This document shows, piece by piece, positions 28,490-42,263 of a DNA stretch of 64,000 bases (position 1 is its first letter; each line of letters begins with the position of its first letter). The DNA is from Azolla caroliniana. Its lineage: Eukaryota > Plantae > Polypodiophyta. The notes below the pieces were generated by a model. It did not search any database. It worked only from the letters and a program-made list of their open reading frames with translations, and had not been told where the DNA came from. A program made the translations under genes and the position numbers. The stretch lies in NCBI GenBank assembly GCA_043228905.1, contig JBHGNT010000076.1, positions 1-64,000 on the forward strand, read 5' to 3'.

Positions 28490-30640
28490 ATACCTGGCTC
28501 GTGTGATATCGGATTTTTGTGTTCAAACATGCCAATCGAAGCTAACAACGCTAGCTATGATATGGAATTAAAAAATCAAGATTTTGAAACTCAGGTCGAG
28601 AGACATGACGAAATTACCAAATTTGAGTTGTGAGTTGAGAGGAGCCCTTGAGTAAATGAAAATGTTCATACCTGGCTCGTGTGATATTGGATTTTTGTGT
28701 TCAAACATGCGATTCGAAGGTAACAACGCTAGCTATGATATGGAATTAAAAAATCAAGATTTTGAAACTCAGGTCGAGAGACATGATGAAATTACCAAAT
28801 TTGAGGAGTGAGTTGAGAAGAGCTAGTAGGTAAATTAAAATGTTCATACCTGGCTCTTGTGATATCCGATTTTTGTGTTCAAACATGCGAAACGAAGCTA
28901 ACAATGCTAGATACGATATGGAATTAAAAAATCAAGATTTTGAAACTCAGGTCGAGAGACATGACGAAATTACCAAATTTGAGGAGTGAGTTGAGAAGAG
29001 CTAGTAGGTAAATTAAAATGTTCATACTTGGTTCGTGTGATATCGGATTTTTGTGTTCAAACATGCGATTCGAAGCTAACAACGCTAGCTAGGATATGGA
29101 ATTAAAAAATCAAGATTTTGAAACTCAGGTCGAGAGACATGACGAAATTACCAAATTTGAGGAGTGAGTTGAGAAGAGCTAGTAGGTAAATTAAAATGTT
29201 CATACTTGGTTCGTGTGATATCGGATTTTTGTGTTCAAACATGGGAATCGAAGCTAACAATGCTAGCTATGAGATAGAATTAAAAAATCAAGATTTTGAA
29301 ACTCAGGTCGAGAGACATGATGAAATTAGCAAATTTGAGGAGGGAGTGGAGAAGAGGCCGTGAGTAAATGAAACTGTTCATACCTGGCTCGTGTGATATC
29401 GGATTTTTGTGTTGAAACATGCGAACCGAAGCTAACAACGCTAGCTATGATATGGAATTAAAAAATCAAGATTTTGAAACTCAGGTCGAGAGACATGACG
29501 AAATTACCAAATTTGAGGAGTGAGTTGAGAAGAGCTAGTAGGTAAATTAAAATGTTCATACCTGGCTCGTGTGATATCGGATTTTTGTGTTCAAACATGC
29601 CAATCGAAGCTAACAACGCTAGCTATGATATGAAATTAAAAGATCAAGATTTTGAAACTCAGGTCGAGAGACATGACGAAATTACCAAATTTGAGTTATG
29701 AGTTGAGAGGAGCCCTTGAGTAAATGAAAATGTTCATACCTGGCTCGTGTGATATTGGATTTTTGTGTTCAAACATGCGATTCGAAGGTAACAACGCTAG
29801 CTATGATATGGAATTAAAAAATCAAGATTTTGAAACTCAGGTCGAGAGACATGATGAAATTACCAAATTTGAGGAGTGAGTTGAGAAGAGCTAGTAGGTA
29901 AATTAAAATGTTCATACCTGGCTCTTGTGATATCCGATTTTTGTGTTCAAACATGCGAAACGAAGCTAACAATGCTAGATACGATATGGAATTAAAAAAT
30001 CAAGATTTTGAAACTCAGGTCGAGAGACATGACGAAATTACCAAATTTGAGGAGTGAGTTGAGAAGAGCTAGTAGGTAAATTAAAATGTTCATACTTGGT
30101 TCGTGTGATATCGGATTTTTGTGTTCAAACATGCGATTCGAAGCTAACAACGCTAGCTAGGATATGGAATTAAAAAATCAAGATTTTGAAACTCAGGTCG
30201 AGAGACATGACGAAATTACCAAATTTGAGGAGTGAGTTGAGAAGAGCTAGTAGGTAAATTAAAATGTTCATACTTGGTTCGTGTGATATCGGATTTTTGT
30301 GTTCAAACATGGGAATCGAAGCTAACAATGCTAGCTATGAGATAGAATTAAAAAATCAAGATTTTGAAACTCAGGTCGAGAGACATGATGAAATTAGCAA
30401 ATTTGAGGAGGGAGTGGAGAAGAGGCCGTGAGTAAATGAAACTGTTCATACCTGGCTCGTGTGATATCGGATTTTTGTGTTGAAACATGCGAACCGAAGC
30501 TAACAACGCTAGCTATGATATGGAATTAAAAAATCAAGATTTTGAAACTCAGGTCGAGAGACATGACGAAATTACCAAATTTGAGGAGTGAGTTGAGAAG
30601 AGCTAGTAGGTAAATTAAAATGTTCATACCTGGCTCGTGT
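28490..30640 (+). repeat. Tandem duplication of a 6-monomer unit (1068 bp)
   Basis: GAGTT(G/A)TGAG (~28625/~29693), CGAAGGTAAC (~28715/~29783) and AGGGAGTGGAGAAGAGGCCG (29341/30409) recur at +1068. Confidence 0.88.
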
Positions 30641-32049
30641 GATATCGTATTTTTGTGTTCAAACATGCCAATCGAAGCTAACAACGCTAGCTATGATATG
30701 GAATTAAAAAATCAAGATTTTGAATCTCAGGTCGAGAGACATGACGAAATTACCAAATTTGAGGAGTGAGATGAGAGGAGCCCTTCAGTAAATGAAAATC
30801 TTCATACCTGGCTCGTGTGATATCGGATTTTCATGTTCAAACATGCGAATTGAAGCTAACAACGCTAGCTATGATATGGAATTAAAAAGTCAAGATTTTG
30901 AAACTCAGGTTGAGAGACATGACGAAATTACCAAATTTGAGGAGTGAGTTGAGAAGAGCTAGTAGGTAAATGAAAATGTTCATACCTGGCTCGTGTGATA
31001 TCGGATTTTTGTGTTCAAACATGCGAATCGAAGCTAACAACGCTAGCTATGATATGGAATTAAAAAATCAAGATTTTGAAATTCAGGTCGAGAGACATGA
31101 CGAAATTACCAAATTTGAGGAGTGAGATGAGAGGAGCCCTTGAGTAAATTAAAATGTTCATACCTGGCTCGTGTGATATCGGATTTTTGTGTTCAAACAT
31201 GCGAAACGAAGCTAACAACGCTAGCTATGATATAAAATTAAAAGATCAAGATTTTGAAACTTAGGTCGAGAGACATGACGAAATTACCAAATTTGAGTAG
31301 TGAGTTGAGAGGAGCCCTTGAGTAAATGAAAATGTTCATACCTGGCTCATGTGATATCGGATTTTTGTGTTCCAACATGCGAAGCGAAGCTAACAACGCT
31401 AGCTATGAGATAGAATTAAAAAATGAAGATTTTGAAACTCAGGTTGAGAGACATGACGAAATTACCAAATTTGAGTAGTGACTTGAGAGGAGCCCTTGAG
31501 TAAATGAAAATGTTCATACCTGGCTTGTGTGATATCGGATTTTTGTGTTCAAACATGCGAAACGAAGCTAACAACGCTAGCTATGATATGAAATTAAAAG
31601 ATCAAGATTTTGAAACTTAGGTCGAGAGACATGATGAAATTAGCAAATTTGAGGAGTGCGATGAGAGGAGCCCTTGAGTAAATGAAAATGTTCATACCTG
31701 ACTCGTGTGATATCGGATTTTCATGTTCAAACATGCGAATTGAAGCTAAAAACGCTAGCTATGATATGGAATTAAAAAGTGAAGATTTTGAAACTCAGGT
31801 CGAGAGACATGACGAAATTAGCAAATTTGAGGAGTGAGTTGAGAAGAGCCCTTGAGTAAATGAAACTGTTCATACCTGGCTCGTGTGATATCGTATTTTT
31901 GTGTTCAAACATGCCAATCGAAGCTAACAACGCTAGCTATGATATGGAATTAAAAAATCAAGATTTTGAATCTCAGGTCGAGAGACATGACGAAATTACC
32001 AAATTTGAGGAGTGAGATGAAAAGAGCTAGTAGGTAAATTAAAATGTTC

Positions 32050-35000
32050 ATACCTGGCTCGTGTGATATCGGATTTTTGTGTTCAAACATGCGAAACGAA
32101 GCCAACAACGCTAGCTATGATATGAAATTAAAAAATCAAGATTTTGAATCTCAGATCAAGAGACGTGACCAAATTACCAAATTTGAGTAGTGAGGTGAGA
32201 GGTGCCCTTGAGTAAATGAAAATGTTCATACCTGGCTCGTGTGATATCGGATTTTTGTGTTCAAACATGCGAATCGAAGCTAACAACGCTAGCTATGAGA
32301 TAGAATTAAAAAATGAAGATTTTGAAACTCAGGTCGAGAGACATGACGAAATTACCAAATTTGAGGAGTGAGTTGAGAAGAGCTAGTAGGTAAATTAAAA
32401 TGTTCATACCGGGCTCGTGTGATATCGGATTTTTGTGTTCAAACATGCGATTCGAAGCTAACAACGCTAGCTATGAAATGGAATTAAAAAATCAAGATTT
32501 TGAAACTCAGGTCGAGAGACATGACGAAATTACCAAATTTGAGGAGTGAGGTGAGAAGAGCTAGTAGGTAAATTAAAATGTTCATACCTGGCTCGTGTGA
32601 TATCGGATTTTTGTGTTCAAAAATGCGAAACGAAGCTAACAATGCTAGCTATGAGATAGAATTAAAAAATCAAGATTTTGAAACTCAGGTCGAGAGACAT
32701 GACGAAATTACCAAATTTGAGGAGTGAGTTGAGGGGAGCCCTTGAGTAAATGACAATGTTCATACCTGGCTCGTGTGATATCGGATTTTTGTGTTGAAAC
32801 ATGCGATTCGAAGCTAACAACGCTAGCTATGATATGAAATTAAAAGATCAAGATTTTGAAACTCAGGTCGAGAGACATGACGAAATTAGCAAATTTGAGG
32901 AGTGAGATGAGAGGAGCCCTTGAGTAAATGAAAATGTTCATACCTGACTCGTGTGATATCGGATTTTCATGTTCAAACATGCGAATTGAAGCTAAAAACG
33001 CTAGCTATGATATGGAATTAAAAAGTGAAGATTTTGAAGCTCAGGTCGAGAGACATGACGAAATTAGCAAATTTGAGGAGTGAGTTGAGAAGAGCCCTTG
33101 AGTAAATGAAACTGTTCATACCTGGCTCGTGTGATATCGTATTTTTGTGTTCAAACATGCCAATCGAAGCTAACAACGCTAGCTATGATATGGAATTAAA
33201 AAATCAAGATTTTGAATCTCAGGTCGAGAGACATGACGAAATTACCAAATTTGAGGAGTGAGATGAAAAGAGCTAGTAGGTAAATTAAAATGTTCATACC
33301 TGGCTCGTGTGATATCGGATTTTTGTGTTCAAACATGCGAAACGAAGCTAACAACGCTAGCTATGATATGAGATTAAAAGATCAAGATTTTGAAACTCAG
33401 GTCGAGAGACATGACGAAATTACCAAATTTGAGTAGTGAGTTGAGAGGAGCCCTTGAGTAAATGAAAATGTTCATACCTGGCTCGTGTGATATCCGATTT
33501 TTGTGTTGAAACATGCGAACCGAAGCTAACAACGCTAGCTATGATATGGAATTAAAAAATCAAGATTTTGAAACTCAGGTCGAGAGACATGACGAAATTA
33601 CCAAATTTGAGGAGTGAGTTGAGAAGAGCTAGTAGGTAAATTAAAATGTTCATACCTGGCTCGTGTGATATCGTATTTTTGTGTTCAAACATGCCAATCG
33701 AAGCTAACAACGCTAGCTATGATATGGAATTAAAAGATCAAGATTTTGAAACTCAGGTCGAGAGACATGACGAAATTACCAAATTTGAGTAGTGAGTTGA
33801 GAGGAGCCCTTGAGTAAATGAAAATGTTCATACCTGGCTCGTGTGATATCGGATTTTTGTGTTCAAACATGCGAAACGAAGCTAACAACGCTAGCTATGA
33901 TATGAAATTAAAAGATCAAGATTTTAAAACTCAGGTCGAGAGACATTACCAAATTACCAAATTTGAGTAGTGAGTTGAGAGGAGCCCTTGAGTAAATGAA
34001 AATGTTCATACCTGGCTCGTGTGATATTGGATTTTTGTGTTCAAACATGCGATTCGAAGCTAACAACTCTAGCTATGATATGGAATTAAAAAATCAAGAT
34101 TTTGAAACTCAGGTCGAGAGACATGATGAAATTACCAAATTTGAGGAGTGAGTTGAGAAGAGCTAGTAGGTAAATTAAAATGTTCATACCTGGCTCTTGT
34201 GATATCCGATTTTTGTGTTTAAACATGCGAAACGAAGCTAACAATGCTAGATACGATATGGAATTAAAAAATCAAGATTTTGAAACTCAGGTCGAGAGAC
34301 ATGACGAAATTACCAAATTTGAGGAGTGAGTTGAGAAGAGCTAGTAGGTAAATTAAAATGTTCATACCGGGCTCGTGTGATATCGGATTTTTGTGTTCAA
34401 ACATGCGATTCGAAGCTAACAACGCTAGCTATGAAATGGAATTAAAAAATCACGATTTTGAAACTCAGGTCGAGAGACATGACGAAATTACCAAATTTGA
34501 GGAGTGAGGTGAGAAGAGCTAGTAGGTAAATGAAAATGTTCATACCTGGCTCGTGTGATATCGGATTTTTGTGTTCAAACATGCGATTCGAAGCTAACAA
34601 CGCTAGCTATGAAATGGAATTAAAAAATCAAGATTTTGAAACTCAGGTCGAGAGACATGACGAAATTACCAAATTTGAGGAGTGAGGTGAGAAGAGCTAG
34701 TAGGTAAATTAAAATGTTCATACCTGGCTCGTGTGATATCGGATTTTTGTGTTCAAACATGGGAATCGAAGCTAACAACGCTAGCTATGAGATAGAATTA
34801 AAAAATCAAGATTTTGAAACTCAGGTCGAGAGACATGACGAAATTACCAAATTTGAGGAGTGAGGTGAGGGGAGCCCTTGAGTAAATGAAAATGTTCATA
34901 CCTGGCTCGTGTGATATCGGATTTTTGTGTTCAAACATGCGATTCGAAGCTAACAACGCTAGCTATGATGTGGAATTAAAAAATCAAGATTTTGAAACTC

Positions 35001-37740
35001 AGGTCGAGAGACATGACGAAATTACCAAATTGGAGGAGTGAGTTGAGAAGAGCTAGTAGGTAAATTAAAATGTTCATACCGGGCTCGTGTGATATCGGAT
35101 TTTTGTGTTCAAACATGCGATTCGAAGCTAACAATGCTAGCTATGAAATGGAATTAAAAAATCAAGATTTTGAAACTCAGGTTGAGAGACATGACGAAAT
35201 TACCAAATTTGAGTAGTGACTTGAGAGGAGCCCTTGAGTAAATGAAAATGTTCATACCTGGCTTGTGTGATATCGGATTTTTGTGTTCAAACATGCGAAA
35301 CGAAGCTAACAACGCTAGCTATGATATGAAATTAAAAGATCAAGATTTTGAAACTTAGGTCGAGAGACATGACGAAATTACCAAATTTGAGTAGTGAGTT
35401 GAGAGGAGCTCTTGAGTAAATGAAAATGTTCATACCTGGCTCGTGTGATATCGGATTTTTGTGTTCAAACATGCGAAACGAAGCCAACAACGCTAGCTAT
35501 GATATGAAATTAAAAAATCAAGATTTTGAATCTCAGATCAAGAGACGTGACGAAATTACCAAATTTGAGTAGTGAGGTGAGAGGAGCCCTTGAGTAAATG
35601 AAAATGTTCATACCTGGCTCGTGTGATATCGGATTTTTGTGTTCAAACATGCGAAATGAAGCTAACAACGCTAGCTATGAGATAGAATTAAAAAATCAAG
35701 ATTTTGAAACTCAGGTCGAGAGACATGACGAAATTACCAAATTTGAGGAGTGAGTTGAGAAGAGCTAGTAGGTAAATTAAAATGTTCATACCGGGCTCGT
35801 GTGATATCGGATTTTTGTGTTCAAACATGCGATTCGAAGCTAACAACGCTAGCTATGAAATGGAATTAAAAAATCAAGATTTTGAAACTCAGGTCGAGAG
35901 ACATGACGAAATTACCAAATTTGAGGAGTGAGGTGAGAAGAGCTAGTAGGTAAATTAAAATGTTCATACCTGGCTCGTGTGATATCGGATTTTTGTGTTC
36001 AAAAATGCGAAACGAAGCTAACAATGCTAGCTATGAGATAGAATTAAAAAATCAAGATTTTGAAACTCAGGTCGAGAGACATGACGAAATTACCAAATTT
36101 GAGGAGTGAGTTGAGGGGAGCCCTTGAGTAAATGACAATGTTCATACCTGGCTCGTGTGATATCGGATTTTTGTGTTGAAACATGCGATTCGAAGCTAAC
36201 AACGCTAGCTATGATATGGAATTACAAGATCAAGATTTTGAAACTCAGGTCGAGAGACATGACGAAATTAGCAAATTTGAGGAGTGAGATGAGAGGAGCC
36301 CTTCAGTAAATGAAAATGTTCATACCTGGCTCGTGTGATATCGGATTTTCATGTTCAAACATGCGAATTGAAGCTAAAAACGCTAGCTATGATATGGAAT
36401 TAAAAAGTGAAGATTTTGAAACTCAGGTCGAGAGACATGACGAAATTAGCAAATTTGAGGAGTGAGTTGAGAAGAGCCCTTGAGTAAATGAAACTGTTCA
36501 TACTTGGTTCGTGTGATATCGGATTTTTGTGTTCAAACATGCGATTCGAAGCTAACAACGCTAGCTATGATATGGAATTAAAAAATCAAGATTTTGAAAC
36601 TCAGGTCGAGAGACATGACAAAATTACCAAATTTGAGGAGTGAGTTGAAAAGAGCTAGTAGGTAAATTAAAATGTTCATACCTGGCTCGTGTGATATCGG
36701 ATTTTTGTGTTCAAACATGGGAATCGAAGCTAACAACGCTAGCTATGAGATAGAATTAAAAAATCAAGATTTTGAAACTCAGGTCGAGAGACATGATGAA
36801 ATTAGCAAATTTGAGGAGGGAGTGGAGAAGAGGCCGTGAGTAAATGAAACTGTTCATACCTGGCTCGTGTGATATCGGATTTTTGTGTTGAAACATGCGA
36901 ACCGAAGCTAACAACGCTAGCTATGATATGGAATTAAAAAATCAAGATTTTGAAACTCAGGTCGAGAGACATGACGAAATTACCAAATTTGAGGAGTGAG
37001 TTGAGAAGAGCTAGTAGGTAAATTAAAATGTTCATACCTGGCTCGTGTGATATCGTATTTTTGTGTTCAAACATGCCAATCGAAGCTAACAACGCTAGCT
37101 ATGATATGGAATTAAAAGATCAAGATTTTGAAACTCAGGTCGAGAGACATGACGAAATTACCAAATTTGAGTAGTGAGTTGAGAGGAGCCCTTGAGTAAA
37201 TGAAAATGTTCATACCTGGCTCGTGTGATATCGGATTTTTGTGTTCAAACATGCGAAACGAAGCTAACAACGCTAGCTATGATATGAAATTAAAAGATCA
37301 AGATTTTAAGACTCAGGTCGAGAGACATTACCAAATTACCAAATTTGAGTAGTGAGTTGAGAGGAGCCCTTGAGTAAATGAAAATGTTCATACCTGGCTC
37401 GTGTGATATTGGATTTTTGTGTTCAAACATGCGATTCGAAGCTAACAACTCTAGCTATGATATGGAATTAAAAAATCAAGATTTTGAAACTCAGGTCGAG
37501 AGACATGATGAAATTACGAAATTTGAGGAGTGAGTTGAGAAGAGCTAGTAGGTAAATTAAAATGTTCATACCTGGCTCTTGTGATATCCGATTTTTGTGT
37601 TCAAACATGCGAAACGAAGCTAACAATGCTAGATACGATATGGAATTAAAAAATCAAGATTTTGAAACTCAGGTCGAGAGACATGACGAAATTACCAAAT
37701 TTGAGGAGTGAGTTGAGAAGAGCTAGTAGGTAAATTAAAA
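32050..37740 (+). repeat. Partly rearranged duplication, 19-monomer offset (3382 bp)
   Basis: TTCAAAAATGC (32621/36003), TGACAATG (32751/36133) and TAACAACTCT (34061/37443) all at +3382. Boundaries approximate. Confidence 0.8.
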
Positions 37741-40700
37741 TGTTCATACTTGGTTCGTGTGATATCGGATTTTTGTGTTCAAACATGCGATTCGAAGCTA
37801 ACAACGCTAGCTAGCATATGGAATTAAAAAATCAAGATTTTGAAACTCAGGTCGAGAGACATGATGAAATTACCAAATTTGAGGAGTGAGTTGAGAAGAG
37901 CTAGTAGGTAAATTAAAATGTTCATACCTGGCTCGTGTGATATCCGATTTTTGTGTTCAAACATGCGAAACGAAGCTAACAATGCTAGATACGATATGGA
38001 ATTAAAAAATCAAGATTTTGAAACTCAGGTCGAGAGACATGACGAAATTAGCAAATTTGAGGAGTGAGTTGAAAAGAGCTAGTAGGTAAATTAAAATGTT
38101 CATACCGGGCTCGTGTGATATCGGATTTTTGTGTTCAAACATGCGATTCGAAGCTAACAACGCTAGCTATGAAATGGAATTAAAAAATCACGATTTTGAA
38201 ACTCAGGTCGAGAGACATGACGAAATTACCAAATTTGAGGAGTGAGGTGAGAAGAGCTAGTAGGTAAATGAAAATGTTCATACCTGGCTCGTGTGATATC
38301 GGATTTTTGTGTTCAAACATGCGATTCGAAGCTAACAACGCTAGCTATGAAATGGAATTAAAAAATCAAGATTTTGAAACTCAGGTCGAGAGACATGACG
38401 AAATTACCAAATTTGAGGAGTGAGGTGAGAAGAGCTAGTAGGTAAATTAAAATGTTCATACCTGGCTCGTGTGATATCGGATTTTTGTGTTCAAACATGG
38501 GAATCGAAGCTAACAACGCTAGCTATGAGATAGAATTAAAAAATCAAGATTTTGAAACTCAGGTCGAGAGACATGACGAAATTACCAAATTTGAGGAGTG
38601 AGGTGAGGGGAGCCCTTGAGTAAATGAAAATGTTCATACCTGGCTCGTGTGATATCGGATTTTTGTGTTCAAACATGCGGAACGAAGCTAACAACGCTAG
38701 CTATGATATGAAATTAAAAGATCAAGATTTTGAAACTTAGGTCGAGAGACATGACGAAATTACCAAATTTGAGTAGTGAGTTGAGAGGAGCTCTTGAGTA
38801 AATGAAAATGTTCATACCTGGCTCGTGTAATATCGGATTTTTGTGTTCAAACATGCGAAACGAAGCCAACAACGCTAGCTATGATATGAAATTAAAAAAT
38901 CAAGATTTTGAATCTCAGATCAAGAGACGTGACGAAATTACCAAATTTGAGTAGTGAGGTGAGAGGAGCCCTTGAGTAAATGAAAATGTTCATACCTGGC
39001 TCGTGTGATATCGGATTTTTGTGTTCAAACATGCCAATCGAAGCTAACAACGCTAGCTATGATATGGAATTAAAAGATCAAGATTTTGAAACTCAGGTCG
39101 AGAGACATGACGAAATTACCAAATTTGAGTAGTGAGTTGAAAGGAGCCCTTGAGTAAATGAAAATGTTCATACCTGGCTCGTGTGATATCGGATTTTTGT
39201 GTTCAAACATGCGAAACGAAGCTAACAACGCTAGTTATGATATGAAATTAAAAGATCAAGATATTGAAACTTAGGTCGAGAGACATGACGAAATTACCAA
39301 ATTTGAGTAGTGAGGTGAGAGGAGCCCTTGAGTAAATGAAAATGTTCATACCTGGCTCGTGTGATATCGGATTTTTGTGTTCAAACATGCGAATCGAAGC
39401 TAGCAACGCTAGCTATGAGATAGAATTAAAAAATGAAGATTTTGAAACTCAGGTCGAGAGACATGACGAAATTACCAAATTTGAGGAGTGAGTTGAGAAG
39501 AGCTAGTAGGTAAATTAAAATGTTCATACCTGGCTCGTGTGATATCGGATTTTTGTGTTCAAACATGCGAATCGAAGCTAACAACGCTAGCTATGATATG
39601 GAATTAAAAAATCAAGATTTTGAATCTCAGGTCGAGAGACGTGACGAAATTACCAAATTTGAGTAGTGAGGTGAGAGGAGCCCTTGAGTAAATGAAAATG
39701 TTCATACCTGGCTCGTGTGATATCGGATTTTTGTGTTCAAACATGCGAATCGAAGCTAACAACGCTAGCTATGAGATAGAATTAAAAAATCAAGATTTTG
39801 AAACTCAGGTCGAGAGACATGACGAAATTACCAAATTTGAGGAGTGAGTTGAGAAGAGCTAGTAGGTAAATTAAAATGTTCATACCGGGCTCGTGTGATA
39901 TCGGATTTTTGTGTTCAAACATGCGATTCGAAGCTAACAACGCTAGCTATGAAATGGAATTAAAAAATCAAGATTTTGAAACTCAGGTCGAGAGACATGA
40001 CGAAATTACCAAATTTGAGGAGTGAGGTGAGAAGAGCTAGTAGGTAAATTAAAATGTTCATACCTGGCTCGTGTGATATCGGATTTTTGTGTTCAAACAT
40101 GGGAATCGAAGCTAACAACGCTAGCTATGAGATAGAATTAAAAAATCAAGATTTTGAAACTCAGGTCGAGAGACATGACGAAATTACCAAATTTGAGGAG
40201 TGAGTTGAGAAGAGCTAGTAGGTAAATTAAAATGTTCATACCTGGCTCGTGTGATATCGTATTTTTGTGTTCAAACATGCCAATCGAAGCTAACAACGCT
40301 AGCTATGATATGGAATTAAAAGATCAAGATTTTGAAACTCAGGTCGAGAGACATGACGAAATTACCAAATTTGAGTCGTGAGTTGAGAGGAGCCCTTGAT
40401 TAAATGAAAATGTTCATACCTGGCTCGTGTGATATCGGATTTTTGTGTTCAAACATGGGAATTGAAGCTAACAACGCTAGCTATGATATGAAATTAAAAG
40501 ATCAAGATTTTAAAACTCAGGTCGAGAGACATTACCAAATTACCAAATTTGAGGAGTGAGTTGAGAGGAGCCCTTGAGTAAATGAAAATGTTCATACCGG
40601 GCTCGTGTGATATCAGATTTTTGTGTTCAAACATGCGATTCGAAGCTAACAACGCTAGCTATGAAATGGAATTAAAAAATCAAGATTTTGAAACTCAGGT

Positions 40701-41303
40701 TGAGAGACATGACGAAATTACCAAATTTGAGTAGTGACTTGAGAGGAGCCCTTGAGTAAATGAAAATGTTCATACCTGGCTTGTGTGATATCGGATTTTT
40801 GTGTTCAAACATGCGAAACGAAGCCAACAACGCTAGCTATGATATGAAATTAAAAAATCAAGATTTTGAATCTCAGATCAAGAGACGTGACGAAATTACC
40901 AAATTTGAGTAGTGAGGTGAGAGGAGCCCTTGAGTAAATGAAAATGTTCATACCTGGCTCGTGTGATATCGGATTTTTGTGTTCAAACATGCCAATCGAA
41001 GCTAACAACGCTAGCTATGATATGGAATTAAAAGATCAAGATTTTGAAACTCAGGTCGAGAGACATGACGAAATTACCAAATTTGAGTAGTGAGTTGAGA
41101 GGAGCCCTTGAGTAAATGAAAATGTTCATACCTGGCTCGTGTGATATCGGATTTTTGTGTTCAAACATGCGAAACGAAGCTAACAACGCTAGTTATGATA
41201 TGAAATTAAAAGATCAAGATTTTGAAACTTAGGTCGAGAGACATGACCAAATTACCAAATTTGAGGAGTGAGTTGAGAAGAGCTAGTAGGTAAATTAAAA
41301 TGT

Positions 41304-41323
41304 TCATACTTGGTCATACCTGG
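41304..41323 (+). other. 188-bp variant monomer: 10-bp insertion TCATACTTGG|TCATACCTGG (copy 1 of 5)
   Basis: TGTTCATACTTGGTCATACCTGGCTCG; register shifts by +10. Confidence 0.95.
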
Positions 41324-42025
41324 CTCGTGTGATATCGGATATTTGTGTTCAAACATGCGAAACGAAGGTAACAATGCTAGATACGATATGGAATTAAAAA
41401 ATCAAGATTTTGAAACTCAGGTCGAGAGACATGACCAAATTACCAAATTTGAGGAGTGAGTTGAGAAGAGCTAGTAGGTAAATTAAAATGTTCATACTTG
41501 GTTCGTGTGATATCGGATTTTTGTGTTCAAACATGCCAATCGAAGCTAACAACGCTAGCTATGATATGAAATTAAAAGATCAAGATTTTGAAACTCAGGT
41601 CGAGAGACATGACGAAATTACCAAATTTGAGGAGTGAGTTGAGAAGAGCTAGTAGGTAAATTAAAATGTTCATACCTGGCTCTTGTGATATCCGATTTTT
41701 GTGTTCAAACATGCGAAACGAAGCTAACAATGCTAGATACGATATGGAATTAAAAAATCAAGATTTTGAAACTCAGGTCGAGAGACATGACGAAATTACC
41801 AAATTTGAGGAGTGAGTTGAGAAGAGCTAGTAGGTAAATTAAAATGTTCATACCTAGGTCGTGTGATATCGGATTTTTGTGTTCAAACATGCGAAACGAA
41901 GCTAACAATGCTAGATACGATATGGAATTAAAAAATCAAGATTTTGAAACTCAGGTCGAGAGACATGACGAAATTACCAAATTTGAGGAGTGAGTTGAGA
42001 AGAGCTAGTAGGTAAATTAAAATGT

Positions 42026-42045
42026 TCATACTTGGTCATACCTGG
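42026..42045 (+). other. 188-bp variant monomer (copy 2 of 5)
   Basis: Same 10-bp insertion, 722 bp (4x178+10) after copy 1. Confidence 0.95.
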
Positions 42046-42263
42046 CTCGTGTGATATCGGATTTTTGTGTTCAAACATGCGAAACGAAGGTAACAATGCT
42101 AGATACGATATGGAATTAAAAAATCAAGATTTTGAAACTCAGGTCGAGAGACATGACGAAATTACCAAATTTGAGGAGTGAGTTGAGAAGAGCTAGTAGG
42201 TAAATGAAAATGTTCATACCTAGCTCGTGTGATATCGGATTTTTGTGTTCAAACATGCGAAAT